A stretch of 64,000 nt of DNA, taken from positions 64,604,001-64,668,000 of the forward strand of contig OZ024745.1 in assembly GCA_964016885.1 (NCBI GenBank), written 5' to 3'. This DNA is from Eledone cirrhosa (Eukaryota). Position numbers and translations under genes: made by a program. Below are positions 56,501 to 64,000 of this stretch, piece after piece. The first letter of the stretch is position 1, and the number at the start of each line of letters is the position of its first letter. Under the pieces are notes generated by a model. The model was not told the origin of the DNA. It made no database searches and worked only from the letters and a program-made list of their open reading frames with translations.

Positions 56501-59500
56501 TTTATTTGGGGGATCCTTTTTTTATTTGGGTGATCCATTTTTTATTTGGGTGATCCATTTTTTATTTGGGGGATCCATTTTTTATTTGGGTGATCCATTT
56601 TTTATTTGGGTGATCCATTTTTTATTTGGGGGATCCATTTTTTATTTGGGTGATCCATTTTTATTTGGAGATCCATTTTGTATTTGGGTGATCCATTTTT
56701 TAATTGGGTGATCCATTTTTTATTTGGGTGATCCATTTTTTATTTGGGTGATCCATTTTTTATTTGGGGGATCCATTTTTTATTTGGGTGATCCATTTTT
56801 TAATTGGGTGATCCATTTTTTATTTGGGGGATCCATTTTTTATTTGGGTGATCCATTTTTTATTTGGGTGATCCATTTTTTATTTGGGGGATCCATTTTT
56901 TATTTGGGGGATCCATTTTTTATTTGGGTGATCCATTTTTTATTTGGGTGATCCATTTTTTATTTGGGGGGATCTATTTTTAATTTCGGTGATCTATTTT
57001 TTATTTGGGGGATCCATTTTTTATTTGGGTGATCCATTTTTTATTTGGGGGATCCATTTTTTATTTGGGTGATCCATTTTTTATTTGGGTGATCCATTTT
57101 TTAATTGGGTGATCCATTTTTTATTTGGGGGATCCATTTTTTATTTGGGTGATCCATTTTTTATTTGGGTGGTCCATTTTTTATTTGGGTGATCCATTTT
57201 TTATTTGGGGGATCCATTTTTTATTTGGGTGATCCATTTTTTATTTGGGGATCCATTTTTTATTTGGGTGATCCATTTTTTATTTGGGTGATCCATTTTT
57301 TATTTGGGGGATCCATTTTTTATTTGGGTGATCCATTTTTAATTTGGGGGTCCATTGTTTATTTGGGTGATCCATTTTTTATTTGGGTGATCCATTTTTT
57401 ATTTGTGGGATCCATTTTGTATTTGGGTGATCCATTTTTTATTTGGGTGATCCATTTTTTATTTGGGTGATCCATTTTTTATTTGTGGGATCCATTTTTT
57501 ATTTGGGTGAACCATTTTTTATTTGGGGGATCCTTTTTTTATTTGGGTGATCCATTTTTTATTTGGGTGATCCATTTTTTATTTGGGGGATCCATTTTTT
57601 ATTTGGGTGATCCATTTTTTATTTGGGTGATCCATTTTTTATTTGGGGGATCCATTTTTTATTTGGGTGATCCATTTTTATTTGGAGATCCATTTTGTAT
57701 TTGGGTGATCCATTTTTTAATTGGGTGATCCATTTTTTATTTGGGTGATCCATTTTTTATTTGGGTGATCCATTTTTTATTTGGGGGATCCATTTTTTAT
57801 TTGGGTGATCCATTTTTTAATTGGGTGATCCATTTTTTATTTGGGGGATCCATTTTTTATTTGGGTGATCCATTTTTTATTTGTGTGATCCATTTTTTAT
57901 TTGGGGGATCCATTTTTTATTTGGGGGATCCATTTTTTATTTGGGTGATCCATTTTTTATTTGGGTGATCCATTTTTTATTTGGGGGGATCCATTTTTTA
58001 TTTCGGTGATCTATTTTTTATTTGGGGGATCCATTTTTTATTTGGGTGATCCATTTTTTATTTGGGGGATCCATTTTTTATTTGGGTGATCCATTTTTTA
58101 TTTGGGTGATCCATTTTTTAATTGGGTGATCCATTTTTTATTTGGGGGATCCATTTTTTATTTGGGTGATCCATTTTTTATTTGGGTGGTCCATTTTTTA
58201 TTTGGGTGATCCATTTTTTATTTGGGGGATCCATTTTTTATTTGGGTGATCCATTTTTTATTTGGGGATCCATTTTTTATTTGGGTGATCCATTTTTTAT
58301 TTGGGTGATCCATTTTTTATTTGGGGGATCCATTTTTTATTTGGGTGATCCATTTTTAATTTGGGGGTCCATTTTTTATTTGGGGGATCCATTTTTATTT
58401 GGGTGATCCATTTTTTATTTTGGGGATCCATTTTTTATTTGGGTGATCCATTTTTTATTTGGGTTGATCCCTTTTTTATTTGGGGGATCCATTTTTTATT
58501 TGTGTGATCCATTTTTTATTTGGGGGATCCATTTTTTATTTGGGGGATCCATTTTTTATTTGGTTGATCCATTTTTTATTAGGGGGATCCATTTTTTATT
58601 TGGGTGATCCATTTTAATTTGGAGATCCATTTTTTGTTTAGGTGATCCATTTTATAATTGGGTGATCCATTTTTTATTTGGGGGATCCATTTTTTATTTG
58701 GGGGATCCATTATTTATTTGGGTGATCCATTTTTTATTTGGGTGATCCATTTTTTATTTGGGTGATCCATTTTTTATTTGGGTGATCCATTTTTTATTTG
58801 GGTGATCCATTTTTTATTTGGGGGATCCATTTTTTATTTGGGTGATCCATTTTTTATTTGGGTGATCCATTTTTTATTTGAGGGATCCATTTTATATTTG
58901 GGTGATCCATTTTTTATTTGGGTGATCCATTTTTTATTTGGGGGATCCATTTTTTATTTGGGGGATCCATTTTTTATTTGGGGGATCCATTTTTTATTTG
59001 GGGGATCCATTTTTTATTTCGGGGATCCATTTTTTATTTGGGTGATTCATTTTTTATTTGGGGGATCCATTTTTTATTTGGGTGATCCATTTTTTTTTTA
59101 TTTGGGGGTCCATTTTTTATTTGGGTGATCCATTTTTTATTTGGATGATCCATTTTTTAATTGGGTGATCCATTTTTATTTGGGTGATCCATTTTTTACT
59201 TGGGGGATCCATTTTTTATTTGGGTGATCCATTTTTTATTTTGCTGATTCATTTTTTATTTGGGTGATCCATTTTTTATTTGGGGGATCCATTTTTTATT
59301 TGGGTGAACCATTTTTTATTTGGGAGATCCATTTTTTATTTGGGTGATCCATTTTTTATTTGGGTGATCCATTTTTTATTTGGGGGATCCATTTTTCATT
59401 TGGGTGATCCATTTTTTATTTGGGTGATCCATTTTTTATTTGGGGGATCCATTTTTTATTTCGGGGATCCATTTTTTATTTGGGTGATCCATTTTTATTT

Positions 59501-62500
59501 GGAGATTCATTTTGTATTTGGGTGATCCATTTTTTAATTGGGTGATCCATTTTTTATTTGGGTGACCCATTTTTTATTTGGGGGATCCATTTTTTATTTG
59601 GGTGATCCATTTTTTATTTGGGTGGTCCATTTTTTATTTGGGTGATCCATTTTTTATTTGGGGGATCCATTTTTTATTTGGGTGATCCATTTTTTATTTG
59701 GGTGATCCATTTTTTATTTGGGTGATCCATTTTTTATTTGGGGGATACATTTTTTATTTGGGTGATCCATTTTTTAATTGGATGATCCATTTTTTATTTG
59801 GGGGATCCATTTTTTATTTGGGGGATCCATTATTTATTTGGGTGATCCATTTTTTATTTGGGTGATCCATTTTTTATTCGGGGTATCCATTTTTTATTTG
59901 GGTGATCCATTTTTTATTTGGGTGATCCATTTTTTAATTGGGGATCCATTTTTTATTTAGTTGATCCACTTTTTAATTATGTGATGCATTTTTTATTTGG
60001 GGGATCCATTTTTTATTTGGGGGATCCATTTTTTATTTGGGGGATCCATTGTTTATTTGGGTGATCCATTTTTTATTTGGGTGATCCATTTTTTATTTGG
60101 GGGATCCATTTTGTATTTGGGTGATCCATTTTTTATTTGGGTGATCCATTTTTTATTTGGGTGATCCATTTTTTATTTTTGGGATCCATTTTTTATTTGG
60201 GTGAACCATTTTTTATTTGGGGGATCCTTTTTTTATTTGGGTGATCCATTTTTTATTTGGGTGATCCATTTTTTATTTGGGGGATCCATTTTTTATTTGG
60301 GTGATCCATTTTTTATTTGGGTGATCCATTTTTTATTTGGGGGATCCATTTTTTATTTGGGTGATCCATTTTTATTTGGAGATCCATTTTGTATTTGGGT
60401 GATCCATTTTTTAATTGGGTGATCCATTTTTTATTTGGGTGATCCATTTTTTATTTGGGTGATCCATTTTTTATTTGGGGGATCCATTTTTTATTTGGGT
60501 GATCCATTTTTTAATTGGGTGATCCATTTTTTATTTGGGGGATCCATTTTTTATTTGGGTGATCCATTTTTTATTTGGGTGGTCCATTTTTTATTTGGGT
60601 GATCCATTTTTTATTTGGGGGATCCATTTTTTATTTGGGTGATCCATTTTTTATTTGGGGATCCATTTTTTATTTGGGTGATCCATTTTTTATTAGGGGG
60701 ATCCATTTTTTATTTGGGTGATCCATTTTTATTTGGAGATCCATTTTTTATTTAGGTGATCCATTTTATAATTGGGTGATCCATTTTTTATTTGGGGGAT
60801 CCATTTTTTATTTGGAGGATCCATTATTTATTTGGGTGATCCATTTTTTATTTGGGTGATCCATTTTTTATTTGGGTGATCCATTTTTTATTTGGGGGAT
60901 CCATTTTTTATTTGGGTGATCCATTTTTTATTTGGGTGATCCATTTTTTATTTGGGGGATCCATTTTAATTTGGGTGATCCATTTTTTATTTGGGGGATC
61001 CATTTTTTATTCGGGTGATACATTTTTTATTTGGGTGATACATTTTTTATTTGGGGGATCCATTTTTTATTTGGGTGATCCATTTTTTATTTGGGGGATC
61101 CATTTTTTATTTGGGGGATCCATTTTTTATTTGGGTGATACATTTTTTATTTGGGTGATCCATTTTTTATTTGGGGGGATCCATTTTTAATTTGGGTGAT
61201 CCATTTTTTATTTGGGGGATCCATTTTTTATTTGGGTGATCCATTTTTTATTTGGGGGATCCATTTTTTATTTGGGTGATTCATTTTTTATTTGGGTGAT
61301 CCATTTTTTAATTGGGTGATCCATTTTTTATTTGGGGGATCCATTTTTTATTTGGGTGATCGATTTTTTATTTGGGTGGTCCATTTTTTATTTGGGTGAT
61401 CCATTTTTTAATTGGGGGATCCATTTTTTATTTGGGTGATCCATTTTTTATTTGGGGATCCATTTTTTATTTGGGTGATCCATTTTTTATTTGGGTGATC
61501 CATTTTTTATTTGGGGGATCCATTTTTTATTTGGGTGATCCATTTTTTATTTGGGGGGTCCATTTTTTATTTGGGGGATCCATTTTTATTTGGGTGATCC
61601 ATTTTTTATTTGGGGGATCCATTTTTTATTTGGGTGATCCATTTTTTATTTGGGTTGATCCCTTTTTTATTTGGGGGATCCATTTTTTATTTGGGTGATC
61701 CATTTTTTATTTGGGGGATCCATTTTTTATTTGGGGGATCCATTTTTTATTTGGGTGATCCATTTTTTATTAGGGGGATTCATTTTTATTTGGGTGATCC
61801 ATTTTTATTTGGAGATCCATTTTTTATTTAGGTGATCCATTTTATAATTGGGTGATCCATTTTTTATTTGGGGGATCCATTTTTTATTTGGGGGATCCAT
61901 TATTTATTTGGGTGATCCATTTTTTATTTGGGTGATCCATTTTTTATTTGGGTGATCCATTTTTTATTTGGGTGATCCATTTTTTATTTGGGTGATCCAT
62001 TTTTTATTTGGGGGATCCATTTTTTATTTGGGTGATCCATTTTTTATTTGGGTGATCCATTTTTTATTTGAGGGATCCATTTTATATTTGGGTGATCCAT
62101 TTTTTATTTGGGTGATCCATTTTTTATTTGGGGGATCCATTTTTTATTTGGGTGATCCATTTTTTATTTGGGTGATCCATTTTTTATTTGGGGGTTCCAT
62201 TTTTTATTTGGGTGATCCATTTTTTATTTGCGGGATCCATTTTTTATTTCGGGGATCCATTTTTTATTTGGGTGATTCATTTTTTATTTGGGGGATCCAT
62301 TTTTTATTTGGGTGATCCATTTTTTATTTGGGGTATCCATTTTTCATTTGGGTGATCCATTTTTTATTTGGGTGATCCATTTTTTATTTGGGGGATCCAT
62401 TTTTTATTTGGGTGATCCATTTTTTATTTGGGTGATCCAATTTTTATTTGGGTGATCCATTTTTTATTTGGGGGATCCATTTTTTATTTGGGTGATCCAT

Positions 62501-64000
62501 TTTTTATTAGGGGGATCCATTTTTTATTTGGGTGATCCATTTTTATTTGTAGATCCATTTTTTATTTGGGTGATCCATTTTTTATTTGGGTGATCCATTT
62601 TTTAATTGGGGGATCCATTTTTTATTTAGTTGATCCATTTTTTAATTGGGTGATCCATTTTTTATTTGGGGGATCCATTTTTTATTTGGGTGATCCATTT
62701 TTTATTTGGGGGATCCATTTTTTATTTGGGTGATCCATTTTTTATTTGGGTGATCCATTTTTTAATTGGGTGATCCATTTTTTATTTGGGGGATCCATTT
62801 TTTATTTGGGTGATCCATTTTTTATTTGGGTGGTCCATTTTTTATTTGGGTGATCCATTTTTTATTTGGGGGATCCATTTTTTATTTGGGTGATCCATTT
62901 TTTATTTGGGGATCCATTTTTTATTTGGGTGATCCATTTTTTATTTGGGTGATCCATTTTTTATTTGGGGGATCCATTTTTTATTTGGGTGATACATTTT
63001 TAATTTGGGGGTCCATTTTTTATTTGGGGGATCCATTTTTATTTGGGTGATCCATTTTTTATTTGGGTTGATCCCTTTTTTATTTGGGGGATTCATTTTT
63101 TATTTGGGTGATCCATTTTTTATTTGGGGGATCCATTTTTTATTTGGGGGATCCATTTTTTATTTGGTTGATCCATTTTTTATTAGGGGGATCCATTTTT
63201 TATTTGGGTGATCCATTTTAATTTGGAGATCCATTTTTTGTTTAGGTGATCCATTTTATAATTGGGTGATCCATTTTTTATTTGGGGGATCCATTTTTTA
63301 TTTGGGGGATCCATTATTTATTTGGGTGATCCATTTTTTATTTGGGTGATCCATTTTTTATTTGGGTGATCCATTTTTTATTTGGGTGATCCGTTTTTTA
63401 TTTGGGTGATCCATTTTTTATTTGGGGGATCCATTTTTTATTTGGGTGATCCATTTTTTATTTGGGTGATCCATTTTTTATTTGAGGGATCCATTTTATA
63501 TTTGGGTGATCCATTTTTTATTTGGGTGATCCATTTTTTATTTGGGGGATCCATTTTTTATTTGGGGGATCCATTTTTTATTTGGGGGATCCATTTTTTA
63601 TTTGGGGGATCCATTTTTTATTTGGGTGATCCATTTTTTATTTGGGTGATCCATTTTTTATTTGGGGGATCCATTTTTTATTTGGGTGATCCATTTTTTA
63701 TTTTGCTGATTCATTTTTTATTTGGGTGATCCATTTTTTATTTGGGGGATCCATTTTTTATTTGGGTGATCCATTTTTTATTTGGGGGATCCATTTTTTA
63801 TTTGGGTGATCCATTTTTTATTTGGGTGATCCATTTTTTATTTGGGGGATCCATTTTTTATTTGGGGGATACATTTTTTATTTGGGTGATCCATTTTTAT
63901 TTGGAGATCCATTTTGTATTTGGGTGATCCATTTTTTAATTGGGTGATCCATTTTTTATTTGGGTGATCCATTTTTTATTTGGGGGATCCATTTTTTATT
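50048..64000 (+). repeat. Super-repeat C, copy 2 (shorter, truncated by the window end)
   Basis: Shares private variants with copy 1: TAATTATGTGATGC (~36706/~59975), GATCGATTT (~38089/~61358), TTTGCGGGATCC (~38958/~62227) and CCAATTTT (~39168/~62437). It lacks a net 1316 bp and 7240 bp relative to copy 1. Confidence 0.85.

Larger units (their letters stand above)
1..64000. repeat. Tandem satellite array, 20-bp monomer GATCCATTTTTTATTTGGG(G/T), ~3,200 copies, head-to-tail, running off both window ends
   Basis: Every line of the sequence is this monomer or a variant with a few substitutions or indels. No inversion or foreign insertion seen. Consensus GC is 30-35%, with a T/G-rich plus strand. 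Confidence 0.99.

Noticed and set aside
108-63927. The many plus-strand ORFs of 60-128 aa (GDPFFIWVIHFLFGGSIFYL repeats) as membrane peptides or a repeat-protein family
   Set aside because: They are translations of the satellite. Starts are non-ATG codons within the repeat, frames overlap, there is no flanking regulatory or unique sequence, and lengths are set by the G/T pattern and homopolymer indels.
1-64000. CRISPR array or similar repeat-spacer system
   Set aside because: Monomers abut directly with no unique spacers, leader or cas genes.
1-64000. Minus-strand micro-ORFs (MDPPNKKWIPQIKNGSPK-like, ~18 aa)
   Set aside because: ATG and TAA occur in every monomer, so these arise automatically. 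There is no evidence of expression.
1-64000. Pure sequencing artefact or rolling-circle concatemer
   Set aside because: Rare variants, including homopolymer length variants such as the long T-run at ~35820 and ~59090, recur in identical context in distant copies, which random error would not produce. Misassembly of the copy number of large blocks remains possible.
1-64000. Direct telomerase-synthesised telomere tract
   Set aside because: There is no recognised telomere motif, and kb-scale inheritance of variant order indicates recombinational or replicative amplification rather than template-directed addition. A subtelomeric location is not excluded.
1-64000. Deliberately encoded information or synthetic data storage in the G/T pattern
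   Set aside because: The pattern is explained by nested duplications with natural-looking SNVs and indels. No framing, adapters or indices are seen.
1-64000. Bacterial iteron or Dam-regulated origin array (GATC every 20 bp)
   Set aside because: Iteron and oriC GATC clusters span hundreds of bases next to rep or dnaA genes. A gene-free 64-kb array does not fit.

Overview
The whole 64-kb window is one uninterrupted, single-orientation tandem satellite array of a 20-bp monomer, consensus GATCCATTTTTTATTTGGG(G/T), about 3,200 copies (64,000/20). I see no unique sequence, credible gene, RNA gene, mobile element or CRISPR spacer. All listed ORFs are translations of the repeat. The informative signal lies in the variants. 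One position is dimorphic (GGGGGATCC versus GGGTGATCC), and rare diagnostic monomers recur in fixed order. These reveal nested higher-order duplications with offsets of about 99 bp, 1.0, 1.4-1.5, 1.7, 2.0, 3.0, 4.0, 16.0-16.5 and 23.3-24.6 kb, plus a few divergent single-copy patches. Offsets were derived by hand from matching ORF-track entries and marker variants, so boundaries are approximate. This looks like eukaryotic heterochromatic (centromeric, pericentromeric or subtelomeric) satellite DNA. I do not recognise the family or organism, and the sequence alone does not support a new protein-coding system.
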